Shown: positions 25,174 through 35,053, counted from the stretch's first letter. The stretch is 64,000 bases of DNA from Vicinamibacterales bacterium (GCA_044347565.1 JBIKUN010000001.1:22302-86301), one strand, 5' to 3'. The notes: generated by a model from the sequence alone, not told the origin. Numbers and translations are program-made.

Positions 25174-26991
25174 CTACCAGATCAGGCTGTCGCCCCAGAT
25201 GAGCGTGTCACCCCAGACCAGGGTGTCGCCCCAGATGAGCGTGTCGCCCCAGATGAGCGTGTCGCCCCAGATGAGCGTGTCGCCCCAGACCAGGGTGTCG
25301 CCCCAGATGAGCGTGTTGGCCCACGTCGGGCTGCTCATCACCAGGTCGTTGCCGACCAGCGGAGCGGCGAAGGGTGCGCCGACGCCCCAGCGCTGCCCGA
25401 GGGCCCACGCAGGACTGTTGTAGTACACCTGGTCCCGGGCCGCGCGCCGGTTGCCCCACGTCACCAGTTCCGTCCACGGCCGCGCCTCGCCGGCGATGAT
25501 CGACGACGTCGCGACACCGGTCGACAGCCACCAGGCGCTGCCCGGTGCGGCGGAGTCGATGGCGGCGGCGAGCCGGACGGCACCCTCGCCGTTCAGGCTG
25601 CCGGCCCCGCGGGTGAGCACATCGGCGTTGGCCACCTGCAGCGCCGTGGCCTGCAGGATGGCCTTGATGGCATTCGGGGTGAGCCGGGGCCGGGGCGTCG
25701 TTGCAGCGCGCCACGTCTCCCGATGGGCCTCAATCATCTGGGCGACGACGGCGGTCGTCACAGCGGCCGCCATGCTCGTGCCGCTGAACCGCATGTAGGC
25801 GGTGCTGACGCCTTTAACTTTTTTCGCCGTCACGACAGAACCGCTGAGCTGGAATTGCGTGTACTGGGACAGCAGGCTGCTCAGGTCGATGACCGATGGC
25901 AGGCGCGTTCCGGGAGCGACCAGGTCGGGCTTGGCGAGACCGTCAAAGTAGGTGGGCCCGCGCGACGAGTAGTCTGGAACGACGTCGTCGCCGCGCGCGT
26001 CGGTCTGCTGGGTGTCGAGGGCACCGACGGTGATGGCCGACGGGGCGTTGCCCGGGGAGGTGATGCCGGCGTAGCCCACGGTACCGGTCTGGGGATTTCG
26101 CCCGAGATTGCCCGCCGAGATCACCACGACGATCCCGGCCTGCACGGCCCGCTCCACGGCCTGCACGAGCGGGTCGGTGGCGGCCGCCTCGAGAATCGGG
26201 TGGCCGAGCGACAGGTTGATGATGTCGATGCCGAACGCGGCGCGGTTGGCGATGGCGAAATCGACGGCACGAACCACGTTGCTCGTATAGCCGGCGCCGG
26301 TCGCGTCGAGGACCCGCATCGGATGCAGGGTGACCCCGGTCGCCACGCCTCGATAGGCGCTGCTGCTGAAACCGTCCCGGTTGGCGATGAGCGAGGCGAT
26401 GGCGGTGCCATGCCCATAGCCGTCGGCTGGCGTGACCTTTCTGGGAGGCAGCGCTTTGCCATGCTTGCCGGTCAACGTGAAGTCCCAGACGTCCCGCGCG
26501 TTGCCGAATGCCGCGAGGTTCGCGAGGCCGGAATCGATGACTGCCACGCCGACTCCCGTCCCGGTCCACCGGCCCGATGCCAGCCCGAGCGTGCCGAGGA
26601 GGTGCGGGACGACGGTCGTGTCCGACTGGGCGTTGGCCTTCACCACGGCATCGGTCGACACCCGGCGCACATCGGCCCGGGCCGTCAGCTCGGCCAGATC
26701 GGCGGCCGAGACGTCGGCGGTGACAAGGTTCGGGAGCTCGCCGCCCGCGTGCAGACGCCGACCCTTCGCCAGCAGGTGACTGCGGACCGCGGTGCCGTCG
26801 TCGGTGGTCGCGATCATGACGCGCTGCATCGAGGCCGCGGCCCGCGCGGCGGCCCGCGTCAGCGCCTTGTCGAGCTTGGCGGCGCTCGCTGGCTGGGCGG
26901 CGGCGGCGACATCCAGCAGCGGCAGTGAGAGCAGGAGCGCCAGCCAGGCGTGGTGCCCGAATACGAAACGGCGAATACGGCTGACTTTCAT
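25174..26991 (-). CDS. secreted subtilisin-like (S8) serine protease with a C-terminal hexapeptide-repeat tail
   Basis: Start chosen at MKVSRIRRFVFGHHAWLALLLSLPLLDVAAAAQ (codon 175 of track ORF 25174..27513). Catalytic triad contexts are VAVIDSGL, GYGHGTAIASL and SGTSMAAAV. Confidence 0.88.
   Translation of the reverse strand: MKVSRIRRFVFGHHAWLALLLSLPLLDVAAAAQPASAAKLDKALTRAAARAAASMQRVMIATTDDGTAVRSHLLAKGRRLHAGGELPNLVTADVSAADLAELTARADVRRVSTDAVVKANAQSDTTVVPHLLGTLGLASGRWTGTGVGVAVIDSGLANLAAFGNARDVWDFTLTGKHGKALPPRKVTPADGYGHGTAIASLIANRDGFSSSAYRGVATGVTLHPMRVLDATGAGYTSNVVRAVDFAIANRAAFGIDIINLSLGHPILEAAATDPLVQAVERAVQAGIVVVISAGNLGRNPQTGTVGYAGITSPGNAPSAITVGALDTQQTDARGDDVVPDYSSRGPTYFDGLAKPDLVAPGTRLPSVIDLSSLLSQYTQFQLSGSVVTAKKVKGVSTAYMRFSGTSMAAAVTTAVVAQMIEAHRETWRAATTPRPRLTPNAIKAILQATALQVANADVLTRGAGSLNGEGAVRLAAAIDSAAPGSAWWLSTGVATSSIIAGEARPWTELVTWGNRRAARDQVYYNSPAWALGQRWGVGAPFAAPLVGNDLVMSSPTWANTLIWGDTLVWGDTLIWGDTLIWGDTLIWGDTLVWGDTLIWGDSLIW
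25177..25320 (-). repeat. 8 tandem 18-bp units encoding (G/A)(D/N)(T/S)L(I/V)W at the protease C-terminus
   Basis: ccagatgagcgtgtcgcc and close variants are head-to-tail from the codon before the stop. The protein ends WANTLIWGDTLVWGDTLIWGDTLIWGDTLIWGDTLVWGDTLIWGDSLIW. Confidence 0.95.
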
Positions 26992-27127
26992 GATTGATAC
27001 CTTCCTGTCGAGAAGGACAGCAGAAGCCGTGCCAGCCTGAGGCTGTCCGGCCTCTGTCGGCAAATCCTTCTGCCGCAATGCCTTGGCCGCAGATCGCCGG
27101 GCTGACGCTTGCCAGATTCGAGAGCTC

Positions 27128-27167
27128 CCGCAATTGCGGACGGCCCCACGCCGCAATTGCGGACGGC
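27128..27167. promoter_or_regulatory. two copies of ccgcaattgcggacggc (each containing the 12-bp palindrome CCGCAATTGCGG), 23 bp apart
   Basis: Read directly at 27128-27144 and 27151-27167, in the 340-bp divergent region between the S8 protease and the HEAT/HD-GYP operon. Confidence 0.5.
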
Positions 27168-27333
27168 ATTCGATGCGCGGCCGACACAGGCGAGAGGCAG
27201 CATGAGGAGGGTCTGGGGGCGACAGAGTCAGCGTTCTCCGCCCTGGGCCGTTCGGGAACGGCCGCACCGGAAGGCGCCGGGCGCAGCCCACTGTCAAGTC
27301 CTGTGTCCGCTGTGCCGATTGCCCACACGATAG

Positions 27334-29241
27334 GTGCGTCAACCACCAGCTGCCGTGAACTCCACAACGCCTCCTCAACACGCTTTTCGGCCGGACTATG
27401 GAGCGGACATCAGCGGATGCCCCCCCGATGCCAGGATCGCCGGGATTACGAGCTGGCTCGGGCAGTTCTCGCGCGTCCTGAAGACCTGCCGCCTCTACGA
27501 CGCGCGCAGCCACAACACGATCAGGTGCCGTGAAGAACTGGGCACCGCGATGCTGGCCCTGCTCGGGGACCGCGGCGCGTTACGGCTGGAGTTCTCCGCG
27601 CACCAGATTCACAGCGACAGGCACCCGGTGATGGTCTCGCGGCCCGGCGAAGACAGCTTCGTCATGCCCTTCTACCGCGACGGCCTCCGCACGCTGACGT
27701 TCAACCCGGACGCCGAGGCGTGGGAACTGGACGTGATCGTCGACCTGCTCCTGCGCGTCACCAGTCGCGTCGACAGCGGCGGCGAAGACCTGGTCACGCT
27801 GCTCTGGGCCGCGGGCCTGCCGCACATCGACATGAGCTACGTCGACTCCGAGACCGATGCGGACATGGGCGACGAGAGCGACGACTTCTCGCCGGGCGAG
27901 CCCACGCCGGCAAACAGCCCGGTACTGCCGTGGCCAGGCAGCGGCGGGAGCACGCCGGGAGAAGGCACGCCCACGGAGGGCCAGCGCGGCACGGGGCGCA
28001 CGGGCCTCGGCGCAACTGCCCCGGCGACCGGCGAGCCCGCCGGCGCGACCGGATGGCCTGCCGCGGCGGCCGAGGTCGAGCTGCCCGACTCGACGACGGT
28101 GTCGGTCCGCTTGCGCAGCGACGACTGGCTCGCGGGCGAGCCCGCGGGCGAACTCGACGAGCGCTACCTCGCGCTGGATGCGACCCGCATCGCCGATCTC
28201 GACCGGTTCGCGGCCGGTCTGCGCCAGGACCGTGGCTGCAGCCTCGTGCAGGCCGCGCTCGGTCTGGTGCGCGACGCCCTCGGCTCCAGCCTGCTCGAGG
28301 GCGACCGCGCCGACCTCACCGACCTGCTGGAACGTGCACTGCAGGACGCAATTGCCGGAGCGGGCTGGCCGGACGCCCGCGAAGTGGTCGACTGCCTGAC
28401 CGAGCTGACCGAGGGCCGCTGGCACGCGGCCCCGCTGATCGAGCAGCTGGCGCGCGCCGACTCGCCGGTGACCGGCTCGCTCGTGCGCTATCTCGACGAG
28501 CAGACGGTCGCCGATGACACGGGATTGGTGGAGTTCGCGCGCCGGCTCGGGCCGGTCGCGGTCGGATGGCTCATGAGTATCGTCGCGCTCGCCAGCCACG
28601 AGCGCACCCGGCGTACGCTGATGGCGACGCTGACCGCGTTCTGCGAGGGCCATCCCGAGCTCCTGGCCCCCTGGCTGACCGATGAACGATGGCACGTGGT
28701 GCGCAACGCCGTCTGCATCATGGGCGCCACGGCAGGCGGCGCGCCCCCGGCGCTGTTGCGCCCGTTGGTGCACCACCCGGAACCGTGCGTGCGGCAGGAG
28801 GTGATCGCGGCGCTGGCGAACACCGACATCGAAGCGGCCCGCCCACTGCTGCTCGCACTGATCCATGACTCCGAGGCGTCCATCCGTCGGGCCGTACTTC
28901 GTCGGCTGGGCTCGCAGCGCCACCCGCGGACAAGCGCGGCGCTCATCGCGATCGTGCTCGACCCAGGCTTCCGCAAGCGACCGGTCGAGGAGGTGCGCGC
29001 GGTGACGACTGCACTGGGCGGCTGCGCGGGCGACGAGGCGCTGCCCCACCTCGAGCCGCAGCTGTACGCCCCGAGGTGGTTCAGCATGGGGGAGGGACCG
29101 CACTGCCAGATGATCGCGCGCTGCATCATGCGCATCGGCACGCCGGCGGCGCGGGCGATGCTCGAGCGGGGCGCGTGTTCGCGCGTCGCCGCAACGCGCG
29201 ACGCCTGCCGGCTGGCGCTCAGGACGACAGCCCATGCTTGA
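27334..29241 (+). CDS. HEAT-repeat protein
   Basis: 635-aa ORF (GTG start, uncertain). C-terminal HEAT-like repeats include VVRNAVCIMGAT, EPCVRQEVIAALANT, EASIRRAVLRRLG. It overlaps the next gene by 8 nt (ATGCTTGA). Confidence 0.7.
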   Translation: MRQPPAAVNSTTPPQHAFRPDYGADISGCPPDARIAGITSWLGQFSRVLKTCRLYDARSHNTIRCREELGTAMLALLGDRGALRLEFSAHQIHSDRHPVMVSRPGEDSFVMPFYRDGLRTLTFNPDAEAWELDVIVDLLLRVTSRVDSGGEDLVTLLWAAGLPHIDMSYVDSETDADMGDESDDFSPGEPTPANSPVLPWPGSGGSTPGEGTPTEGQRGTGRTGLGATAPATGEPAGATGWPAAAAEVELPDSTTVSVRLRSDDWLAGEPAGELDERYLALDATRIADLDRFAAGLRQDRGCSLVQAALGLVRDALGSSLLEGDRADLTDLLERALQDAIAGAGWPDAREVVDCLTELTEGRWHAAPLIEQLARADSPVTGSLVRYLDEQTVADDTGLVEFARRLGPVAVGWLMSIVALASHERTRRTLMATLTAFCEGHPELLAPWLTDERWHVVRNAVCIMGATAGGAPPALLRPLVHHPEPCVRQEVIAALANTDIEAARPLLLALIHDSEASIRRAVLRRLGSQRHPRTSAALIAIVLDPGFRKRPVEEVRAVTTALGGCAGDEALPHLEPQLYAPRWFSMGEGPHCQMIARCIMRIGTPAARAMLERGACSRVAATRDACRLALRTTAHA

Positions 29242-30679
29242 CCGCGAGGACATGCCGGGCGACGAGCCCACCGGCGAGGACGACACCCTGCGCATCCGCA
29301 CGCTCGGCGGCATCGTCATCTCGCGCCTGAACGGCCTGCTGCGCGGCATGCGCTTCTACGGCGCCGGCAACCGGGCGCTGCTCGCGCAGCAGCAGGACCT
29401 GCTCGACGCCGTCAAGGCCATCCAGGCCGACGAGGTCTCACTGCTTGGGATGGGTGAGTACTTCTACGTCAACGGCGTCCGTCTGCGCCCGGAGGGTTCG
29501 TCCTTGCCGGTCTTCCGCACGCTGCTCGCCGAGTTCGAGGCGCGCCGCCTGGGCGGGCTGCGCTTCTCGGCCCAGCTGGGATTGGAGGAGCTGGAGTCCT
29601 TCCTGCGCGTCCTCCTCAGGGAGCGGCACGAGAAGGCCGCAGCGGCGCTGAGAGCGGCAACCACCCGCACGGGTGTCGCCAATATCTGCGCGATCCAGCC
29701 GCGTGAGATGGGCGCGCAGATGCCCACCGAGGGCGAGCGGCCGGGGGACGACGACCGGCACGAGGCCCGCGCGGTCTTCAGCCGCGCCGTGCGGGGCACG
29801 CGCGCCCTGTTGCAGCGCACCCGGCGCACGGGCAGGCCGGCCCTGCAGCAGGCGCGCCGTGTGGTGCAGCCGATCGTGGATCGGCTGCTCCGCGACGAGG
29901 ACTCGCTGGTTGGCCTCACGGCGCTGAAACGGCACGACGAGTACACGTTTGCTCACTGCGTCAACGTGAGCATCCTCTCGGTCCGCATGGGACAACTGCT
30001 CGGGCTTTCGCGCCCGGAGCTTGCCGGCATCGGCGTGGCGGCGCTGCTGCACGACACGGGCAAGATCATGGTGCCGGCCGACGTGCTGCGCAAGCCGGGC
30101 CAGCTGGACCCGGAGGAGTGGGCGGCCATTCGCCGGCACCCGGTCGAGGGCCTGCGCATCATCAGCCGCATGACGGGACTCTCCGAGCTGATGCTGAGCG
30201 CGATGCGCGTGGCATTCGAGCACCACATGAACGTGAACCAGACGGGTTACCCGGGCGTCCGGGGTGGCCGTGCGATGAGCCCCTTCTCGCGCATCGTCGC
30301 GGTGGCGGACGTCTTCGATGCCATGACCGCCCACCGCGCCTATCGGAAGCGCCCATTGACGGCCCATGAGGCGCTGCGCCTGATGCTCGGGCGGGAGTGC
30401 GAGCAGTTCGACCGGGCCGTGCTGTGGGCGCTGGTCAACACGGTGGGGCTCTACCCGGCCGGCACGCTGATGCGCATGGAATCCGGCCGCGTGCTGCTCA
30501 GCCTTTCACCGAATGTGGCCGATCCACGCCGCCCGCTGTGCCGCGCACTGACGACCACGCCGAGGGAGGAGGCGGCCCCGATCGCGCCCGACTTCGTCCT
30601 CGACGCACACGAACGGGTGATGCGCGTGCTTGCGCCCGAAGACGTCGACGTGGACGTCGAGGACCAGCTGGCGGCCTGA
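29234..30679 (+). CDS. HD-GYP domain phosphohydrolase (likely c-di-GMP phosphodiesterase)
   Basis: HCVNVSILSV, AALLHDTGKIMVP, RRHPVEG, FEHHMNVNQTGYPG. Confidence 0.85.
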   Translation: MLDREDMPGDEPTGEDDTLRIRTLGGIVISRLNGLLRGMRFYGAGNRALLAQQQDLLDAVKAIQADEVSLLGMGEYFYVNGVRLRPEGSSLPVFRTLLAEFEARRLGGLRFSAQLGLEELESFLRVLLRERHEKAAAALRAATTRTGVANICAIQPREMGAQMPTEGERPGDDDRHEARAVFSRAVRGTRALLQRTRRTGRPALQQARRVVQPIVDRLLRDEDSLVGLTALKRHDEYTFAHCVNVSILSVRMGQLLGLSRPELAGIGVAALLHDTGKIMVPADVLRKPGQLDPEEWAAIRRHPVEGLRIISRMTGLSELMLSAMRVAFEHHMNVNQTGYPGVRGGRAMSPFSRIVAVADVFDAMTAHRAYRKRPLTAHEALRLMLGRECEQFDRAVLWALVNTVGLYPAGTLMRMESGRVLLSLSPNVADPRRPLCRALTTTPREEAAPIAPDFVLDAHERVMRVLAPEDVDVDVEDQLAA

Positions 30680-30785
30680 CCGGCCCGGACTCCCAGGCGC
30701 GCAAGGCCGCATCGCACGTGAGCGCGCAGCGGCCGGGTGTCACCGGCAGCGACACCTCGATCGTGACGTCGGCGGCGCCGCCGGG

Positions 30786-33326
30786 TCAGGCGGAGCGCCG
30801 GAAGAACCAGTGCTTCACCAGCTCGCTGGCCAGCAGGTAGCCGCCGGTGATGCCGACGAGCATGAGCACGAGCCGCGGCGGCAGCGGCACGAAGCCAAAG
30901 AGCGGGCCGAGCGGCGAATAGGGCAGGAACACCGTCGTGCCGGCCACCACGAGAGTGGCCGTGAGCAGCACGGTGCCGGGTCGGCTGCGAAAGAACGGCC
31001 GCCGGGTCCTGATGACGAGCACGATGAGGAGTTCCGTCATGAGCGACTCGATGAACCAGCCCGTCTGGAACTCGGGCGCCGCCGCCTGCAGCCACCACGC
31101 GAGCACGCCGAAGGTGAGGTAGTCGAACACCGAACTCACCAGCCCGAACACCAGCATGAAGTTGCGGATGAACCGGATGTCCCACCGGCGGGGGCGGTCG
31201 ATCTGCTCGGCGTCGACACCGTCGGTGGCAATGGTCATCGACGGCAGATCGGACAGGAAGTTGTTGAGCAGGATCTGCTTGGGCAGCAGCGGCAGAAAGG
31301 GCAGGAACAACGACGCTCCCGCCATGCTCAGCATGTTGCCGAAATTCGCGCTCGTCGTGATGAAGACGTACTTGAGGGTGTTGGCGAAGGTCTGGCGGCC
31401 GAGCCGTACGCCCTGGGCGAGCACGCCGAGGTCACGGTCGAGCAGCACGATGTCGGCGGCCTCCTTGGCGACGTCCACGGCGCCTTCCACCGAGATGCCG
31501 ACGTCAGCCGTATGGAGGGCACTGACGTCATTGATGCCGTCGCCGAGGTACCCCACCACGTGACCGGCCTGGCGCAGCGCCGCCAGGATCCGCTCCTTCT
31601 GGTTCGGCTCGGTCTCGGCGAAGATGTCGACGTCGCCGACGCGCTGGCGCAGCGCCGTGTCACTGAGCAGCCGCAGCTCGTCGCCGGTGACCACCGTGGC
31701 TTGGGGCAGTCCCATGAGCCGCCCCATCCGCCGGGCCACCAGCCGGTTGTCGCCGGTAATGATCTTGAGCGCCACGCCGAGCTGCCGCAGCTCCGCGATG
31801 GCGCTCAGCGCGCTGGCTTTGGGCGGGTCGGCGAGCAACAGGAAGCCGATGAAGGTCATCTGCTGCTCGTCGTTGCGGTTGATGACCGGGTCGTCGGTGA
31901 CGTCGCGCGTCGCGACGCCCAGCACGCGATAGCCCTCGTCGCTCCACGCTTCGAAGCGTGCCTGCAGCGACGCCCGGATCGCGTCGAGCGGCACGAGCCC
32001 GTCCGGTGCGGTGGCTGACCGCACCCTGGCCGTCACGCACACGTCGAGCACGTGGCGCAGCGCGCCCTTGGTGATCATCGTGTGCCGGTGACCGCCGGCC
32101 GCCGGCGCCGTCTCTTCGACCACGACACTCAGCCGCTTGCGGATGAAGTCGTAGGGCACTTCGTCCACCTTGGTGTAGGCCGGCAGTCGGGGGCACGGCA
32201 GGCGGCGCAGCGCGTCGTCGATCGGATTGGGGAAGCCCGATTCGAAGATGGCGTTGAGCTGCGCGTAGAGCAGCACCTCGTCGCCCGGCGTTCCCTCCGC
32301 GTCGACTGCCGCGTGCAGCTGCACGACGCCCTCGGTGATGGTGCCGGTCTTGTCGCAGCACAGCACGTTCATGCTGCCGAAGTCTTCGATGGAATTGAGA
32401 CGGCGCACGATCACGCGGGCGGCGGCCATCTGCTGGGCGCCGCGGGCCAGCGTGAGACTGACGATGGCCGGCAGCAGCTCCGGCGTGAGGCCGACGGCCA
32501 GCGCCAGCGCGAACAGGAACGCGTCGACGACCGGCCGGTGCAGATAGACATTGATGCCGAAGATCGCGATCACCAGCAGCAGCGTGGTCTTGATGAGCAG
32601 TTCGCCGAAGCGACGCAGGCCCCGCTCGAACTCGGTCTCCGGCGGCCGCAGCCGCAGCCGCGCCGCGATCTCACCGAACACCGTCTTGGCGCCGGTATGT
32701 ACCACCACGGCGTGGCCCGTGCCGCTGACCACGTGCGAGCCACTGAAGAGCGCGTTCGTCCGCTCGGCGAGCGGGGTGTCGGCGGCGAGGTCGCCCGCGC
32801 TCTTCTCGGCAGGGTAGGTTTCGCCGGTCAAGACGGACTCATCGACGAAGAGATCGGTCGAGCGGAGAATGCGGCAGTCGGCCGGCACGGCCGCGCCCGC
32901 CGCCAGCACGATCACGTCGCCGGGCACGAGTGCGTCCTGCGGCAGGTCGACGTCGCCGCCGTCGCGGCGCACGGTCACGCGCGTCTGCACCACCGCCAGC
33001 AGCCGGGCCACGGCATGGCTGGCGCGGAACTCCTGCGAGAAACCGAGCAGCGCGCTGCCGAGCACGATGGCCAGGACGATGCCCGCATCCGCCGTCTCGC
33101 CCAGGAACACCGACAGCGTCATGGCGAAGAGCAACAACAGGACGAGCGGACTCCGGAACTGGTTCAGCAGCAGGCCGAGCGGCGGCGTGTTCCGGGCAGC
33201 GGAGCTGCGGTTGGGACCGAACCGGGCCAGACGTTCGGCGGCGTCGCGCGAGGTCAGGCCGTCGGCGCCCGAGGCGGTGGCCGCGATGACTGCATCGATC
33301 GGCGAAGACCAGAACGGTCCGGACAT
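30786..33326 (-). CDS. mgtA: Mg2+-importing P-type ATPase (MgtA/MgtB type)
   Basis: CCDKTGTITEG, KIITGDN, GDGINDVSALHTADVGISV, and a 10-TM layout. ATG at 33326 is preferred over the TTG at 33446 given by the track. Confidence 0.88.
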   Translation of the reverse strand: MSGPFWSSPIDAVIAATASGADGLTSRDAAERLARFGPNRSSAARNTPPLGLLLNQFRSPLVLLLLFAMTLSVFLGETADAGIVLAIVLGSALLGFSQEFRASHAVARLLAVVQTRVTVRRDGGDVDLPQDALVPGDVIVLAAGAAVPADCRILRSTDLFVDESVLTGETYPAEKSAGDLAADTPLAERTNALFSGSHVVSGTGHAVVVHTGAKTVFGEIAARLRLRPPETEFERGLRRFGELLIKTTLLLVIAIFGINVYLHRPVVDAFLFALALAVGLTPELLPAIVSLTLARGAQQMAAARVIVRRLNSIEDFGSMNVLCCDKTGTITEGVVQLHAAVDAEGTPGDEVLLYAQLNAIFESGFPNPIDDALRRLPCPRLPAYTKVDEVPYDFIRKRLSVVVEETAPAAGGHRHTMITKGALRHVLDVCVTARVRSATAPDGLVPLDAIRASLQARFEAWSDEGYRVLGVATRDVTDDPVINRNDEQQMTFIGFLLLADPPKASALSAIAELRQLGVALKIITGDNRLVARRMGRLMGLPQATVVTGDELRLLSDTALRQRVGDVDIFAETEPNQKERILAALRQAGHVVGYLGDGINDVSALHTADVGISVEGAVDVAKEAADIVLLDRDLGVLAQGVRLGRQTFANTLKYVFITTSANFGNMLSMAGASLFLPFLPLLPKQILLNNFLSDLPSMTIATDGVDAEQIDRPRRWDIRFIRNFMLVFGLVSSVFDYLTFGVLAWWLQAAAPEFQTGWFIESLMTELLIVLVIRTRRPFFRSRPGTVLLTATLVVAGTTVFLPYSPLGPLFGFVPLPPRLVLMLVGITGGYLLASELVKHWFFRRSA

Positions 33327-33464
33327 CACCTGGATGATAGCCACCAAGTCGTCTAATCCGTCCGCCTGTCTGGCGCGTTCGCCCTGAGCCGGAAGCGAAG
33401 GGTGCCGATGCCCGCGCCGTTTGCTACTGCGGCTGCTCTCCCACAACGAATGCAGGGGCGGCGG

Positions 33465-34184
33465 TCATCGAGCCCGCCGCCAGCCGACGACCAGCACGGT
33501 CACGCAGAGGGTCGCGCCGACAGCGGCGAAGATTCGGCCGACAATGAGCAGGTCCTGCACGGACCGGCGCCGGCTGTCGCGGTAGGCCGCCGCCGAGCCA
33601 CCGGCGAGGGTCGTGATGCGGATGGCGCGCCCCTGCGGGCCGCGCTCGAGCACCCCATCGGCGGTCACGGCGTCGCCGCGGCGGAAGCCGTCGGCGCCCT
33701 GCGTCTTCTCGCCGAACGCCAGGTAGACAAGGTTCTCGCCACTCTGCCATGTGTGCGGCGGGAGCGCCAACTCGTAGTCGGGGGAGGCAACCGTCACGCG
33801 GTGGGGGGGCTCGCCCAGCACGAGCGCCGGCGTGACGACCTCGGTCGTGGCCCATTGCTCCCGCCGCCGGGCGCCGTCCTCCTTCCAGCCCCTGAACTCA
33901 CGGCGCTGGTAGGCCACGAAGTCACGAAACCGCTCGGGGGTGTCGGACGCGATGCGGGCCTCGAGCAGCACGCGCGTGCCGTCCGGCTGGCCGGGCGATG
34001 TCAGCGGCGACACCACGGCAAGAGCGTCGAGCGTTGCCGAGTCCGTCTGCTGAGAGGGCACGGCGACCAGCAGCAGGAGCAGGCCGCCGACGGTGAACAC
34101 CAGGCCGAAGCCGCCCACGAAGAGATAGGCGGAGTGCCTGGCGATCCACGATCGGCTGGACGCAGAGGGGGTGTTGTCGGTCAT
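33465..34184 (-). CDS. hypothetical membrane protein (TM at each end, ~170-aa exposed domain)
   Basis: 239-aa ORF with plausible composition. It lies directly upstream of mgtA on the same strand. No family was recognised. Confidence 0.6.
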   Translation of the reverse strand: MTDNTPSASSRSWIARHSAYLFVGGFGLVFTVGGLLLLLVAVPSQQTDSATLDALAVVSPLTSPGQPDGTRVLLEARIASDTPERFRDFVAYQRREFRGWKEDGARRREQWATTEVVTPALVLGEPPHRVTVASPDYELALPPHTWQSGENLVYLAFGEKTQGADGFRRGDAVTADGVLERGPQGRAIRITTLAGGSAAAYRDSRRRSVQDLLIVGRIFAAVGATLCVTVLVVGWRRAR

Positions 34185-34456
34185 TGGACACCAGCGGCCG
34201 CCGCCATCGGGGAACCGACCGGCGCAGCCACGCCGGCGATAGTGTAGCCGTTCGGCCCGACGCGATCCGCAATCACGCGCGGCTCAAGGGGCTGGCCGGC
34301 GTGTACCCGAACCTCGGCCGTCCCGGAGTTGGCGGCGTGATCGTCGCCGCCACGATGCTGATCGCTCCGGGCCAGACTGCCGACCACCACGCTGCCCTGG
34401 CGCGGCGCCGGCGGCGCCCACGCGGATGCGACGTTCGGGGGCGGGATCGCGCACAA
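34181..34456 (-). CDS. hypothetical small protein (91 aa, TTG start)
   Basis: Third-codon-position G+C is high by eye in this frame, and its stop overlaps the next ATG (ATGA). No recognisable family. Confidence 0.35.
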   Translation of the reverse strand: MCAIPPPNVASAWAPPAPRQGSVVVGSLARSDQHRGGDDHAANSGTAEVRVHAGQPLEPRVIADRVGPNGYTIAGVAAPVGSPMAAAAGVQ

Positions 34457-34507
34457 TGACGGTCGACGCGCCGCTGCGGCCGCGTCTTCCTGACAAGGGG
34501 CACGCGC

Positions 34508-35053
34508 ATGTCATCTCCCGTATCGCTGCCGTCCGGACCTGACGCCACCAAGGCCTGTCCGGTGTGCGCCGAGACCATCAAGGCGGCAGCTCTCAAATGC
34601 CGCTTCTGCAACACCGACCTGGCGGTCTTGCAGGCCGAACAGGAGGCGGCGCAGGAGCGCATCCTGTTCGCGGGCCACCCGGTCCTGCTGCCCACCCTTG
34701 GCGCCTGGGCGCTGGCGGTGCTGTCCCTCGGGCTGGCCCTGCCGTACTTCTGGGCTCGCAGCCGGGCCCTGACCTACGTGATCACGACGCAGCGTATCCG
34801 GATCGAGCGCGGCCTGTTCTCGAAAATCGAGTCGAGCGTGGACCTGTTCCGGTTGGACGACTTCGACATCCACCGCCCGCTCGGCATGCGGCTGGTCGGC
34901 CAGGCGGCGCTGCATCTGCGTTCGTCCGATCCGGACATGGCCGACGCCTCGCTGTACGGCGTCCCCGGGCTGGTCGACATCGCGGACCAGCTGCGCGAGT
35001 GCGCCATGCGCGAGCGCACCCGCCGCCGCGTCACGACGTTCGTCAATGCCTAG
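34508..35053 (+). CDS. zinc-ribbon plus bacterial PH (bPH_2/YdbS-like) domain membrane protein
   Basis: CPVCAETIKAAALKCRFCNTDL, two TM segments, then YVITTQRIRIERGLFSKIESSVDLFRLDDFDI. Confidence 0.75.
   Translation: MSSPVSLPSGPDATKACPVCAETIKAAALKCRFCNTDLAVLQAEQEAAQERILFAGHPVLLPTLGAWALAVLSLGLALPYFWARSRALTYVITTQRIRIERGLFSKIESSVDLFRLDDFDIHRPLGMRLVGQAALHLRSSDPDMADASLYGVPGLVDIADQLRECAMRERTRRRVTTFVNA

Noticed and set aside
25177-25320. Regular short repeats, considered as a possible CRISPR array
   Set aside because: The units are contiguous 18-mers with no spacers and lie in-frame inside the S8 protease CDS. This is a coding tandem repeat, not CRISPR.
25943-29349. Long minus ORFs 25943..27367 (474 aa) and 27580..29349 (589 aa)
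   Set aside because: These are off-frame or antisense shadows of the S8 protease and the HEAT-repeat gene, with Arg/Gly/Pro-rich low complexity.
33327-33464. Search for a Mg2+ riboswitch or leader peptide upstream of mgtA
   Set aside because: The interval is too short and directly abuts the upstream gene's stop. I could see no M-box-like conserved helices by eye, and I cannot exclude one without an Rfam scan.
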